This document shows, in pieces, positions 26,847 to 39,812 of a stretch of DNA of 64,000 nt (position 1 is its first letter; each line of letters starts with the position of its first letter). The notes under the pieces were generated by a model. That model was not told the origin of the DNA. It did not search any database and worked only from the letters and a program-made list of their open reading frames with translations. Source of the stretch: Mobula birostris (taxonomy: Eukaryota). Position numbers and translations under genes: made by a program. The stretch is taken from NCBI RefSeq assembly GCF_030028105.1, contig NC_092390.1, positions 39,910,777-39,974,776 of the forward strand. The letters run 5' to 3'.

Positions 26847-27945
26847 CAAGTCAAGTCAAGTCAAGTCACTTTTTATTGTCATTTCAACCATAACTGCTGG
26901 TACAGTACACAGTAAAGACGAGACGACGTTTTTCAGGACCATGGTGCTACATGAACAATACAAAAACTACACTGAACTACGTAAAACAACACAAAACTAC
27001 ACTAGACTACAGACCTACCCAGGACTGTGTAAAGTGCACAAAACTGTGCAGGCATTACAACAAATAATAAACAAGACAATATGCACAGTAGAGGGCAGTA
27101 AGTTGGTGTCAGTCCAGGCTCTGAGTATTGAGGAGTCTGATGGCTTGGGGGAAGAAACCGTTACATAGTCTGGTCATGAGAGCCCGAATACTTCGGTGCC
27201 TTTTGCCAGATGGCAGAAGAGAGAAGAGTTTGTATGAGGGGTGCGTGGGGTCCTTCATAATGCTGTTTGCTTTACGGATGCAGCGTGTGGTGTAAATGTC
27301 TGTAATGGCAGGAAGAGAGACCCCGATGATCTTCTCAGCTGACCTCACTATCCGCTGCAGGGTTTTGCAATCCGAGATGGTGCAATTTCTGAACTAGGCC
27401 ATGATGCAGCTGCTCAGGATGCTCTCAATACAACCTCTGTAGAATGTGGTGAGGATGGGAGATGGACTTTTCTCAGCCTTTGCAGAAAGTAGAAACACTG
27501 CTGGGCTTTCTTTGCTATGGAGTTGGTGTTGAGGGACCAGGTGAAATTCTCCACCAGGTGAACACCAAGAAATTTGGTGCTCTTAACGATCTCTATGGAG
27601 GAGTTGTCGATGTTCAGTGGAGAGTGGTCATTCTGTGTCCTCCTGAAGTCAACAGCCATCTCTTTTGTTTTGTTCACATTCAGAGACAGGTTGTTGGCTC
27701 TGCACCAGTCCATTAGCCGCTGCACCTCCTCTCTGTATGCTGACTCATTGCTCTTGCTGATGAGACCCACCACGGTCGTGTCATCGGCGAACTTGATGAT
27801 GTGGTTCGAGCTGTGTGTTGCAGCACAGTCGTGGGTCAGCAGAGTGAACAACAGTGGACTGAACACACAGCCCTGGGGGAGCCCCCATGCGCAGTGTGAT
27901 GGTGTTGGAGATGCTGCTTCCAATCCTGACTGACTGGGGTCTCCT
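26847..27945 (-). mobile_element. Rex-Babar (Rex1-like) LINE 3' part
   Basis: GLPQGCVFSPLLFTLLTHDC...IIKFADDTTVVGLIS...YREEVQRL...NNLSLNVNKTKEMAVDF; (ttgac)n tail at 26847-26868. Confidence 0.9.
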
Positions 27946-27949
27946 TGCT

Positions 27950-28371
27950 ACCAGTATCCACCGAGGAGACAGTAGTTGTTTCAAAGAATGGGTGAACCCA
28001 AATGCAGGACACTGGCATGGAGATAGAGTTGGGATGCAGACAAGGGTGTAAGCATGTTGGAGTGGAACAACAAACAGGAGGATGAATGGAAAGGCAGGCG
28101 GCAGGCAATGCTTCTCTTGACATGGAGAGACAGTGTTACACAGGCAACCCTCAGTACTGAAACAAAACTTAGAATACACAATCCTAAGCGGCCGGGAACG
28201 TGAATTACCATACTGGCTGAAACAATGATCTGGCGATGAGTAGATGCAAAGCCGGGGTATTTATGCTGCAGGTTTAGATGAGAATCAGGTGTGCTGCAGT
28301 CAAGGAGCCTGGAAGGACATGGGGAAAGGGAATTAGGAGAATATGAGGAATCAAAGATCGGGACCATGACA
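27950..28371 (-). mobile_element. Solo or partial LTR of a second, unrelated gypsy-like family
   Basis: Minus strand starts TGTCATGG and contains cacacctg...cataaatacccc...cgccagatc, a typical fish LTR layout; the other end is unclear. Confidence 0.55.
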
Positions 28372-28721
28372 GTAGTCACAAACTTATAGATGCTCCTTTC
28401 ATCTTGTAGCTTATATTACATTGGGCGGTGGGGTAGTTGAGGGGTAAACAAATAAAACAGAATTAGAAAGCAGAATGAAAAACGTTTTATTTCAGTTACA
28501 GAAATAATGCAGTGTATAGGTAGACAAACCAAATGCAAGGAACACATTGAGGTAGATTGGGAGATGCAGAGTCCATCTTTTAGTGTATGAGGGGACTGTT
28601 TAAGGGTCCAATAATAATGTGATAGTGGTTACCCTTGAGTCTGGTGAGTCATGTACTCATAGATATGTGTATGGAAGAACATCCTCTAAAATCAGTGTGT
28701 AATGCATGGAGTGCAGCTGTG

Positions 28722-29082
28722 GCTTGGTAAGGATTAGAAATCTACAGCACATTACAGGCCCCTCGGCCCACGATGTTGTGACGACCATGTAACCTACTCT
28801 AGAAACTGCCTAGAATTTCCCTACCGCGTAGCCCTCTATTTTTTTAAACTCCATGTACCTATCTAAGAGTCTCTTAAAAGACCCTATTGTATCCGCCTCT
28901 ACCACTTTCACTGGTAGTGCATTCCGTACACCCACCACTCTCTGTGTGAAAAACTTACCTCTGATAACCCCCTTGTGCCTACTTCCAAGCACCTTTAAGT
29001 TATGCCCCCTCATGTTAGCCATTTCTGCCCTGCGAAAAAGCCTCAGGCTATCCACGCAATCAGTGCCTCTCATCATCTTATA
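28722..29082 (-). mobile_element. CR1 3' fragment
   Basis: EAYKMMRGTDCVDS...FFTQRVVGVRNALP; CR1 3' UTR. Confidence 0.88.
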
Positions 29083-29560
29083 GGCTTCCCTCCAGTACAG
29101 GGTCATATTGATTGCTCATGGTTCTCTTTGTGGATGCCCTTGAACTCTGAGTTGTTCCGCTATCAAGAGGGACCTTCACATTCTGGCTGAGAAACACAGG
29201 CAGCAGGTCACACAGGGCTTCACCCAGTCGCCCGGAAGCAGTCATGATGAACTTATTCCACAGCAAACTGCTGGCACCAACTTGCTGAAGCTGCTGCAAC
29301 TGAAATAGGGGTGGGTGACTGGATGACGCTGTGTACCCACTGATATCAAGGCCCAGGGCTCCTGAGTCATGGACAAGCATGAAGTACAGACATTGTGGGT
29401 AAGGTTAGCAATTATTGTCCACCTTTGGTTGCCTAGAAAGGTATTGAGTTGCCTTCAAGAACTGCTTCCCTCTGCCTTAGCTCATCTGTCACCTCCAACA
29501 AGTCCTGTTGAACATTTACCTTTGTTCTTGATTGCCTTTTGCTGGGAACAGATCAGATAT

Positions 29561-29925
29561 TGTGGAGTGTGAGGGGAGTAATGAATTAGAAGTATTATAT
29601 ATGAATGCACAGAGTATAAGAAATAATGTAGATGAGCTTGAGGTACAGTTGGAAATTGGTAAGTATGATGTTGTGAGAATAACAGAGACATAGCTTCAAG
29701 TGGACAGGGCCTGGGAAATGAATATTCAAGGATATACGTCCTATTGAAAGGACAGACTGATGGGCAGAGGGGGTGGGGTGGCTCTGTTGGTGAAGAATGA
29801 TATTCAGTCCCTTGCAAGGGGGGACATAGAATCAGGAGACGTAGAGTCAGTATGGATAGACTGAGAAATTCTAAGGGTAGAAAGACCCTAATGGGAGTTA
29901 TCTACAGGGGGGATCTTATTGAAAT
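29561..29925 (+). mobile_element. CR1 left part (APE N-terminus fused directly to the ORF2 C-terminus); host of the LTR element
   Basis: LYMNAQSIRNNVDEL...ITET...GRGGGVAL...KTLMGVIYR followed immediately by GDLIE (C-terminal region). Confidence 0.85.
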
Positions 29926-30724
29926 TGTTACATACCCCGTAACTGGGTTGCCAAACCAGCAGAAATGGAACGCTCCTTGGAGTCTGTGATTACTAGGAAC
30001 TAATAAAGTTTTATTAAAGAAATAAGTAATACAGTACACTAATCGCAAGGATATAAATGTACCAGGTTAGCAATGATAATACACACATATATGCACAAAT
30101 AGGGTAATAGGAATCAACCAAGCTCTATCACAGTCTAGGGGTAAAATGATCAGTCTTAAGTGAAGCAGAGTTCAGTTCAGTTTAGTGCAGTTCGCAGTAA
30201 TCGCTGTTGCTGTACTGTTGGAGAGAGAGAGAGATGCAGTTGGTTTCGGGCAGACCTTTTGATGTCTTCTAATCTCGCTGTGGTCACCGACTGTGACCCC
30301 TCCGTTCCGGATACGATCGTTCTTCCGTGGTGAACCCAGCACCCAGGCAAGGGCGGACACACACCCCAGGTTCCCACCGATTGTACCTTTACATACTGTG
30401 AGCCTCTTGACCGATTCCCGTGAACCAATCCTCCAAACTTCCACCAACTTGTGGGGGCACATTGCTCTTTCCAGGGTCTCGTGGCGTGTCTCGTGCCTTA
30501 GAAAACCTGCTCTTTTTATCCCCCTGCTGGGGTATCACCTGTCCATCAAACTTCAAACATTTCAGGTTCAAAGCAAGCGATCTGTCAATATCTGAATTGT
30601 GTTTCTTTCTGGTTAATCTCTCTCTTCTCCCTTATTAGCATTTTGAATGTTTCTCCATTGTCTTCCGTTATCTCTCTCATTAGCATCATCCGTCCGGTAG
30701 CTCTGCTTGGCATCACACGTGACA
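29926..30724 (-). repeat. 3' LTR of the Gmr1-like element (799 bp)
   Basis: tgttacataccc...cacacgtgaca; PPT directly internal; about 5% divergent from the other LTR by eye over the first ~240 bp. Confidence 0.95.
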
Positions 30725-30845
30725 CCCTCACCCTTAAAAGGATTTTTACCGGGGTAAAAATTATGGGCATGAATGCACATTATAAGGTACACACTAATAT
30801 ACAGGTAGTCATCAGCTATTCGGCTAATACAGAGAACTTTAAGTT

Positions 30846-33800
30846 TTAATGCCTTGACAGACAATCAGCAATCACATTGTCAGTTCCTTTTATATGTTTT
30901 ATCTTAATATCAAATTCCTGTAATACCAGGCTCCAACTTAATAAGCATTTGTTTTTATCCTTCATTGTGGCCAAAAACACTAATGGATTGTGATCAGTGT
31001 AAATTATCAGTAGTTTCCGTGCCGGACAAATATAAACCTCAAAATGTTGTAATGCCAGTATGATTGCCAGTAATTCCTTCTCCACAGTGGAATAATTTCT
31101 CTGATGGACATTAAACTTCTTAGAAAAATAAGTCACTGGGTGGTCAATCTCCTCTTTGTCTGTCCGCAACAGCACCACCCCTGCTGCTTCGTCGCTAGCA
31201 TCTGTTGCTAGGGAGAAGGGTTTTGAAAAGTCAGGCGGATTCAATACAGGGTGGTGACACAGAATCGCCTTCAGACTCTCGAAGGCTTGTTGACAAAGGT
31301 TGTTCCACGCAAACTTCGCACTCTTTGGCAAGAGCTTAGTAAGAGGGAGGGTAATGTCCGCAAGGTTTTTGCAAAACTTCTGATAGTACCCCACCATCCC
31401 CAAGAACCTTCTCAGGGCTCTCTTGTCCATCGGGATGGGAACTTCAGAGATAGCCTGCACCCTAGCCTGCATGGGTGCCAGCTGCCCCCGTCCTACCACA
31501 TACCCCAGATAAGTGACCTTAGTGTGGCCGAACTCACTTTTTGTGAGGTTCACTGTCTGGTTGGCTTCAGACAGCCGTTTAAACAGTTCCTCTACTGCCA
31601 CAATGTGCTCCTCCCACGTGTCACTCCAGACCACTAAATCGTCAATATACGCTTCTGCATTCTTTAACCTTTTTATCACTGAATTAATCATCCTTTGGAA
31701 GGTCCCTGGGGCGTTTTTCATGCTGAAAGGTAAAACATTATACTCGTATAACCCGGATGGAGTGACAAATGCTGAGATTCTTCTAGCCCGGTCGGTTAAA
31801 GGAACACACCAGTACCCTTTCAGCAAATCGATCTTTGTGATGTACTTAGCTCTCCCCACTTTATCGATGCAATCGTCTACCCTTGGGATGGGGTAAGCAT
31901 CAGTTTTTGTGATGGCGTTCACCTTTCTGTAATCTGTACAGAATCGTATGCTCCCATCGGGTTTCGGGACAACCACACAAGGAGAGGCCCATTCCGATTT
32001 GGATGGCCTAATAATACCTGTGGCTAGCATGTGTTCAATTTCTTTCTCCACTAGCTTGCCCTTCTCCAGGTTCATCCTATAGGGGTGTTGCTTAATAGGC
32101 TGATCTGATGTGACAACAACATCATGTACCGTCCCCTTGCATCGCCTCGGGACATCTGGACATACATCTGCATGCTGGTTAATTAGCTTTATCAGCGGCT
32201 CACTCTGTTCAGGGGTTAAGTGAGAGACCCTATCAGCAAAGTTGGCCAAAACAATAGAGTTTTCCAATCTGGTCGGCACCATATTTATCTTTTCAAGATG
32301 GGTTTTTTCCTTATCATTTGGCACCCCAGCCTCATTTATTTTTGTGATAACACCGACTAGATCTGCTTTCTGATCGTGGTAAGCTTTTAACATATTAATA
32401 TGTACTAATTGGGTCGTCTTACGTCTGTCCGGCATTTCAATAACATAATTCAAAGAGTCTATCTTTTTAATCACTTTGTGTGGACCGTGGAATCTCGCCT
32501 GGAGGGGGTTGGTTACCACTGGAAACAGAACTAAGACCCTATCGCCCACTTGAAACACTTGTTCGCGGGCACGAATATCAAACCACTGTTTCATTTTAGT
32601 TTGGGAGTGTCGTAGATTTTCTTTGGCAAGGTCACAGATCCTTTTAAGCCTCTCACAAAATTTTAAAACATAATCAATCACATTGACTTGTACTGTCGGA
32701 CTGGACCATTGCTCTTTCAGTAAGGTCAGAGGTCCTCTGGGCCGATGGGCGCAGACGAGCTCAAATGGGCTGAACCCCAATGACTCCTGAACCGTGTCCC
32801 TTACGGCAAATAACAGAAGAGGCAAGACATCATCCCAGTCCCTAGCGTTCTCTTGACAATAAATTTTAATCATGGTCTTTAATGTTGCGTGGAATTTTTC
32901 CAACACCCCTTGGGACTCCGGGTGGTACGCGGAGGCCAAAATCTGCTTTGCTCCCATCTCATCCAACATCCGTCGAAGTGTGTGAGATGTGAACACACTC
33001 CCCTGATCTGACTGGATTTCCCTGGGCAGCCCCACCGTAGTGAAAAATTTCACAAGCACCTTTACCACTGCGGGAGACTTGACACTTGCCAGGGGCACAG
33101 CCTCCGGAAACCTGGTGGCGGCGCACATCATTAGTCATCACATACTCTCGCCCACTCGCAGTTCTGGGCAGGGGACCGACAGAATCCACAATTATTCGGG
33201 AAAAAAGGTTCCCCGAAAGCGGGTATCAGTCGAAGGGGCGCTTTAGGCAGGACCTGGTTCGGCTTTCCTACCACCTGACATAAATGACATCGCCTACAAT
33301 ATTCAATAATGTCCTTCCTCATGTTCGGCCAGTAAAACTCTTTCATAATTCTATCGACTGTTTTCCTCACCCCAAAATGTCCACCGAGGGGTATCTTGTG
33401 GGCCAGGTTAAAAATCTCGTCCCTATAAATTTTCGGCACTACCACCTGGTGTACCACCCCCCCACTCCTCATCCGCGGGCACAGTACTTGGTCTCCACTT
33501 CCTCATTAGTACTCCCTCCTTCACATAATAGCCCACTGGTTCCCTTTTTATTTCTGCTTCAGAGAGAGCTGTCTCCGCCAAAACCATCAGTTCCTCGTCT
33601 CACTCCTGTGCCTGTATAAATTCCTTCCTCGCTAATAATAAATCTACCTGAACTCCCTCACTTCCTTCCGCTCCACTATGCTCCTTCTTCTCACTTCCTA
33701 ACCCCTCTTGATACAAGCCTGGTAAAAACATCTCAGCTAAATATACATTCGCTTCGGCAGCCTTTCTCAACGTGCACCGAGTTACTGCACAAACAGGATA

Positions 33801-34258
33801 AACCTGTGAGTCCATGGACGGGTCTTCAGTCCTGGCAGGCTTGCTCGTCAGCTTTACTGCTGGGTACACATCTCCACCTGCAAGGTCGTTACCGAATAAG
33901 ACCTCTACGTCTTCCTTCGGTAATTCGGGCCTCAGCCCTATTGTGACCGGTCTGGAGACCAAGTCACTTTTTAGGTGTATCTGGTGCAAAGGTACTTTTC
34001 AGTACATTTCCCAATGCCTTTTATCACACTGACCTCCCCAGTCTCGGTCTCTGTACTAAAGTCTAACACCCTCCTTAAGATCAATGACTGACAAGCCCCA
34101 GTGTCTCTCCAGATCCGTACTGGAACTGGGGTTGATCCCTCCTTCACTGACACCAATCCGGCCCAAATAAACTTCTCGTGCCCTTCCTGAACTCTATCAG
34201 ACCTCTTCTCCCCTAGGGGTTTGTTTGCCAGCTCAATACAGCCAGTCGGAGTCGCCAT
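30846..34258 (-). pseudogene. pol: pol of the LTR element: protease, integrase (HHCC + D,D35E), RT, RNase H; several frameshifts, last 761 codons open
   Basis: WRDTGACQSL (PR); HKIPLGGHFG...CRRCHLC (IN Zn finger); VDSVGPL / SDQGSVF / PESQGVLEKFH (IN core); DYRKVN, LPFSMKNAPGTFQR, YIDD (RT); ATDAS, ELLAII, YTDHNPL, ADCLSR (RNase H). Confidence 0.95.
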
Positions 34259-34260
34259 TT

Positions 34261-35558
34261 TTCCTATCCACGTCTCCTTCTTTGGGGCAAAACACCTGGA
34301 CGCAATGTGACCGGCTTTCCCACAATTATAGCATACGACCCCAGGAGACTTCCTACCAAACTGCTTCCTGTCTTCCTTATCCTTCTCACTAGTCCCCGGC
34401 TTACTTTCTGGCTTTTCCGGCGGACTTCCTCCGCCATCTCGACTACCCTTCTGGTAGCTCTTACTCGGGGTAAACTTTGTGTGTTAACGAGTATTCATCC
34501 GCTAACTTAGCAGTTGCGGCTAAGTTTTCTGCCTCTTTCTCATCTAGATAGGGCCTCATACCTTCAGGGACCCAACCTTTAAATTGCTCAATCAGTATTA
34601 GCTGTAGCAGTCTGTCATAATTCCCAGTGACCCCTTTTGAGGTGCACCAATGCTCACAATACATCTGCATCTCACGGGCAAACTCTAAATATGTGCGGCC
34701 CCACTGCTTCCTCACATTCCGGAACCTTTACCGGTATGCCTCCGGGACCAACTCATAAATCCTGAGTATCGCCTCTTTCATCACATCATACCTCTGGTCA
34801 TCCTCTACTGACAACATGGAGTAGGCTTGCTGAGCCTTCCCCTTAAGTACGCTTTGAAGCAAAACAGCCCACTTATCCCTCGGCCAGTCCTGACTTGCAG
34901 CGACTTTTTCAAAATGTAGAAAGCACCGATCAGCATCGGCCTCCTCAAATGGGGGAACCAACCTAACCTCCTAGGTCACCCTGAACCCTCCACCTTGGTT
35001 CGGCATTTGGCCCCTCTCTAGTGCCATCCTTAACTTCTCCAGCTCAAACTCCCTTTCCTTCTCTCTCTCTTCTCGTTCTAGCTGCTTTACTCTCTCTTCC
35101 CGTTCTAACTGCCATACTCTCTCTTCCCGTTCTAACTGCTTTACTCTCTCTTTCCGTTCTAACTGCCTTACTCTCTCTTCCCGTTCTAACTGCCTTACTC
35201 TCTCTTCCCGTTCTAACTGCTTTACTTGGAACTCGTGCTCGAGTCTTAATTTTTCCATCTGCAGCTGCACTGCCTCTCCACCAGGTTTGCTCATAGACAC
35301 CACCTCCAGCTCCCCGTGGGGAAACACACCTTTAGATACATAATACTCAATGATAGCTCTGTCCATCTCCGCACTCCTCATTGTCGGCTTCCCCTTAAAA
35401 AGATTCAACCATTTGGCAACAGTCGCCAATTCTGATTTCCTGGCATCCTCTAATGCCTCCAAGGTTGGCGCCTTTAGAAATTCCTCAATCTCCATTTCTG
35501 CTGTTTGCCCTTTTTTTTCTTTCAGGAATTTTAACCCAATCAATTTACCCAGTCCCAA
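34261..35558 (-). pseudogene. gag: gag of the LTR element (frameshifted; coiled-coil repeats, capsid/SCAN-like, CCHC knuckle)
   Basis: ORF pieces 34971-35558, 34728-34961, 34461-34715; VPPFEEADADRCFLHFEKVA...W...LQSVLKGKAQQAY capsid-like; CYNCGKAGHIASRC at ~34280-34330. Confidence 0.85.
35062..35225 (-). repeat. 27-bp coding tandem repeat (~5 units) in gag, encoding ERV(R/K/W)QLERE
   Basis: ctctctcttcccgttctaactgccttа-type units; frame preserved. Confidence 0.9.
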
Positions 35559-35595
35559 TTTTGGCGTTCAAAATCCCGGCCGAGATCCCCACTTA

Positions 35596-35892
35596 TGTTA
35601 TGTACCCTGTAACTGGGTTGCCAAACCAGCAGAAATGGAAGGCTCGTTGGAGTCTGTGATTACTAGGAGCTAATAAAGTTTTATTAAAGAAATAAGTAAT
35701 ACAGTACACTAATTGCAAGGATATAAATGTACCAGGTTAGCAATGATAATACACACATATACACACAAATAGGGTAATAAGAATCAATCAAGCTCTATCA
35801 CAGTCTAGGGGTAAAATGATCAGTCTTGTGAAGCAGAGTTCAGTTCAGTTTAGTGCAGTTGGAAGTAATCGCTGTTGCTGTACCGTTGGAGA

Positions 35893-35939
<47 letters not shown>

Positions 35940-36432
35940 ATGCAATTTGGTTCAGGCAGACCTTCTGATGTCTTCTAATCCCCGCTGTGGTCACTGACTG
36001 TGACCCCTCCATTCCGGATACAATCATTCTTCCGCGGTGAACCCGGCACCCAGGCAAGGGCGGACACACACCCCCAGGTTCCCACCGATCGTACCTTTAC
36101 ACCCTGTGAGCCTCTTGACTGGTTCCCATGAACCGGTCCTCCAAACTCTCACCAACTTGTGGGGGCACACTGCTCTTTCCAGGGTCTCGTGGTGTGTCTC
36201 GTGCCTTAGCAAACCTGCTCTTTTTATCCCCCTGCTGGGGTATCATCTGTCCGTCAAACTTCAAACAGTTCAGGTTCAAAGCAAACGGTCTGTCAATATC
36301 GGAATTGTGTTTCTTTCTGGTTAATCTCTCTCTTCTCTCTTATTAGCATTTTGAATGTTTCTCCATTGTCTTCTGTTTTCTCTCTCATTAGCATCATCTG
36401 TCTGGTAGCTCTGCTTGACGTCACACGTGACA
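35596..36432 (-). repeat. 5' LTR of the Gmr1-like element (837 bp, with GA microsatellite expansion)
   Basis: tgttatgtaccc...cacacgtgaca; aligns end to end with 29926-30724; PBS directly internal. Confidence 0.95.
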
Positions 36433-36808
36433 AAACATATAAGGTTATTAAGGGATTGGACACACTGGAGGCAGGAAGCACGTTCCTGCTGATGGGTGAG
36501 TCCAGAATCAGAGCCCACAGTTTAAGAATAAGGGGTAGGCCATTTAGAATGTTGAGGAAAAACTTTTTCACACAGAGAGTGTTGGATATATGGAATGCTC
36601 TGCCCCAGAAGGCTGTGGATGCCAAGTCTCTGGCTGCTTTCAAGAAAGAGATGGATAGAGCGCTTAAAGATAGCGGAATCAAAGGTTATGGGGATAAGGC
36701 AGGAACTGGATACTGATTGTGGATGATCAACCATGATCACAGTGAATGGTGGTGCTGGCTCTCGAAGGGCCGAATGGCCTACTCCTGCACCTATTGCCTA
36801 TTCTCTAT
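36433..36808 (+). mobile_element. CR1 right part (ORF2 C-terminus and 3' UTR), resuming after the LTR element
   Basis: TYKVIKGLD...RGHSL-like, FFTQRVLDIWNALP, ctattg tail; continues gatcttattgaaa|catataagg across the insertion. Confidence 0.9.
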
Positions 36809-37871
36809 TGGAACAGTGTTGAAGGCCACTATGTAGCTAATAGGATGTGGCATCTGAAGCTCATGTCGAGATGTTTGGGGTCATTAAGCTTTTTATAATG
36901 CTGCATCTGAATCCTCAGGACCTGACTTCTGGCAATGGTGCTCACAGCTATCTCTACTTATTGTATTTTGTAGAGGTTATTTCAGGGGGGGCGGGCCTCT
37001 TGGTTCCTTCCACTAAGGTTCCAAAGTGGCACCTGAAAAACCCCCATTCTGTTTGCCTTTCTAATTAGAATGATTTCTGCAGTCACTTTTATTACTTACG
37101 GCTGCCCCAGTTCTACATTTGGGTTTTTAAGTGTCTCAGGCTAACAGATCACTCATAACTACAGGTCCCTGGCCATGGCACACAGGCATTTAACAGCATG
37201 GTTAACAGTGACTGCAATTGGACAGGCAACAAGAAAACAGTGCAAGGGAAACGAAGTGTTAATCATGCATTGAACTCTCTATACCAGTTTTCGGGAGCTA
37301 TCCAACTGAGGCCTCCAGGGCTTTCTGTGTGTAACAATAATTACTACACTTCACTTTGAAGAATATTTTACATGCTGGTTTACAATAATTAATTGTGTGA
37401 TGGTGATCCAACTCCAAATGATATGGGTCAAGTGATGAATATACAACACTTATTATCATCAAGGTAGCAGTATTGATATATTCAAAGGGCACTTTGTGAA
37501 AAAGTTGCTGACAAATCAATTTTGGCTTTTTATAGATACACTGAGATGATGCACATCGGAATGGAGCAAAAATGATAGATCCACCCAGCAAAGTAAATGG
37601 TTTACATGGGGATATTTTTGTAAAGACACTTGGCTTTAAGTTTATTCCTGATTAGTAGCACTGAATGCATCAGATATCTGTATCCATATTTCATATCATT
37701 GACACTCATGCTTTGTCACATCCTATCAAGCTGGTTAACAAGTTGGTAAGTTGGTCAATAAATTACTGCTGGAACATGCAGTGAGATTTTTCAATAATCT
37801 GAAAAACAACTTTCTGTCAAGTTTCCTGAAAGGTTAATGTAACTCTTTCTTTTATTTTGTCTTTCACATAG

Positions 37872-37955
37872 CATTTTGAACGTGACTTAAGAAGATATGC
37901 CAACCGCGTGAAATACATGTTACTCGACAACCATGGTCTATATGACAAAAAGAAG
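37872..37955 (+). CDS. DNTT: TdT coding exon (exon 10 equivalent)
   Basis: ctttcacatag|CAT TTT GAA ... AAG AAG|gtaaaa. 84 bp, phase 0/0, [28 protein letters not shown], versus mammalian TdT [28 protein letters not shown]. Has the TdT DNH motif; in frame with the previous exon. Confidence 0.97.
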
Positions 37956-38017
37956 GTAAAATGAAGTACAGCAAATGATGTTTTATGTTTGTATAGATAT
38001 GTTTTAAGGAGATTATG

Positions 38018-39812
38018 AATCAGAACCAGATTTATTATCACCGGCATGTGACGTGAAATTTGTTAACAGTAGCAGTTCAATGCAATACATAATCTAGCAG
38101 AAAGAAAACAATTATAATAATAATAAATAAACAAGTAAATCAATTACATATATTGAATAGATTTTAAAAAACGTGCAAAAACAGAAATACTGTATGTTTA
38201 AAAAAAAGTGAGGTAGTGTCCAAAGATTCAACGTCCATTTAAGAATCAGATGGCAGAGGGGAAGAAGCTGTTTCTGAATCGCTGAGTGTGTGCCTTCAGG
38301 CTTCTGTATCTCCTACCTGACGGTAACAGTGAGAAAAGGGCATGCCCTGGGTGCTGGAGGTCCTTAATAAGGGACGCTGCCTTTCTGAGACACCGCTCCC
38401 TAAAGATGTCCTGGGTACTTTGTAGGCTAGTACCCAAGATGGAGCTGACTAGATTTACAACCTTCTGCAGCTTCTTTTGGTCCTGTGTAGTAGCCCCTCC
38501 ATATCAGACAGTGATGCAGCCTGTCAGAATGCTCTCCTCGGTGCATCTATAGAAGTTTTTGAGTGTATTTGTTGATGTGCCAAATCTCTTCAATCTCCTA
38601 ATAAAGTATAGGCACTATCTTAGGCCTTCTTTATAACTACATCGATATGTTGGAACCAGGTTAGATCCTCAGAGATCTTGATGCCCAGGAACTGAGGCTG
38701 CTCACTCTCTCCACTTCTGAGCCTTCTATGAGAATTGGTGTGTGTTCCTTCATCTTACCCTTGTTGAAGTCCACAATCAGCTCTTTTGTCTTACTGACGT
38801 TGAATGACATTTTGTTGCTGTGGCAGCAATCCACTAGTTGGCATATCTCACTCCTGTATGCCCTCTCATCACCACCTGAGATTCTACCAACAATGGTTGT
38901 ATCGTCAGCAAATTTGTAGATGGTATTTGAGCTATGCCTAGCCAACAGTCATGTGTATAGAGAGAGTAGAGCAGTGGGCTAAGCATACATCCCTGAGGTG
39001 CGCCAGTGTTGATCGTCAGCAAGGAGGATATATTATCACCAATCCGTACAGATTGTGGTCTTCCGGTTAGGAAGTTGAGGATCCAATTGCAGAGGGAGGT
39101 ACAGAGGCCCAGGTTCTGCAACTTCTCAGTCAGGATTGTGGGAATGATGGTATTAAATGTTGAGCTATAGCTGATGAACAGCATCCTGACGTAGGTGCTT
39201 GTATTGTCCAGTTGGTCTAAAGCCATGTGGAGAGCCATTGACATTGCATCTGCTGTTGACCTATTGTGGCGATAGGTCCTTGCTGAGGCAGGAGTTCAGT
39301 CTAGTCATGACCAACCTCTCAAAGCATTTCATCACTGTTGATGTGAGTGCCACCGGGCAATAGTCATTAAGGCAGCCCACATTATTCTTCTTTGGCACTG
39401 GTATAATTGTTGCCTTTTTGAAGCAAGTGGGAACTTCCGCCTGTAGCAGTGAGAGGTTGAAAATGTCCTTGAATACTCCTGCTGGTTAGTTGGCACAGGT
39501 TTTCAGAGCCTTACCAGGTACTCCATTGGGACCTTCTGCCTTGCAAGGGTTCAATCTCTTTAAAGACAGTCTAACATCGGCCTCTGAGACAGAGATCACA
39601 GGGTCATCAGGTGCAGCAGGGATCTTCACACCTGTAGTTGTGTTCTCCCTTTTAAAGTGTGCATAGAAGGTGCTGAGTTCATCTGGTAGCGTAGCATCAC
39701 TGCCATTTATGTTATTGGGTTTCACTTTGTAGCAAGAAATGTCTTGCAGACCCTGCCAGAGTTGCAGTGCATCCGATGTCGCATCCAACCTCATTCAGAA
39801 TTGTCTATTGGA
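38018..39812 (-). mobile_element. Rex-Babar LINE, 5'-truncated
   Basis: [61 protein letters not shown]; taataaatctggttctgattc tail. Confidence 0.92.

Larger units (their letters stand above)
29926..36432 (-). mobile_element. Ty3/gypsy LTR retrotransposon, Gmr1-like (gag-PR-IN-RT-RH), both LTRs present, coding region disrupted
   Basis: Two direct TG...CA LTRs. 4-bp TSD aaat/aaac (one mismatch) inside a host CR1. tRNA-Pro-like PBS (tggggatctcggccgggat, minus strand ~35574-35592) and PPT (aagggtgaggg) in the expected positions. Gag with capsid/SCAN-like region and CX2CX4HX4C knuckle; protease RDTG; integrase, RT and RNase H motifs. Confidence 0.95.

Noticed and set aside
35062-35225. CRISPR-like array
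   Set aside because: Head-to-tail coding repeat with no spacers, in a eukaryotic retrotransposon.
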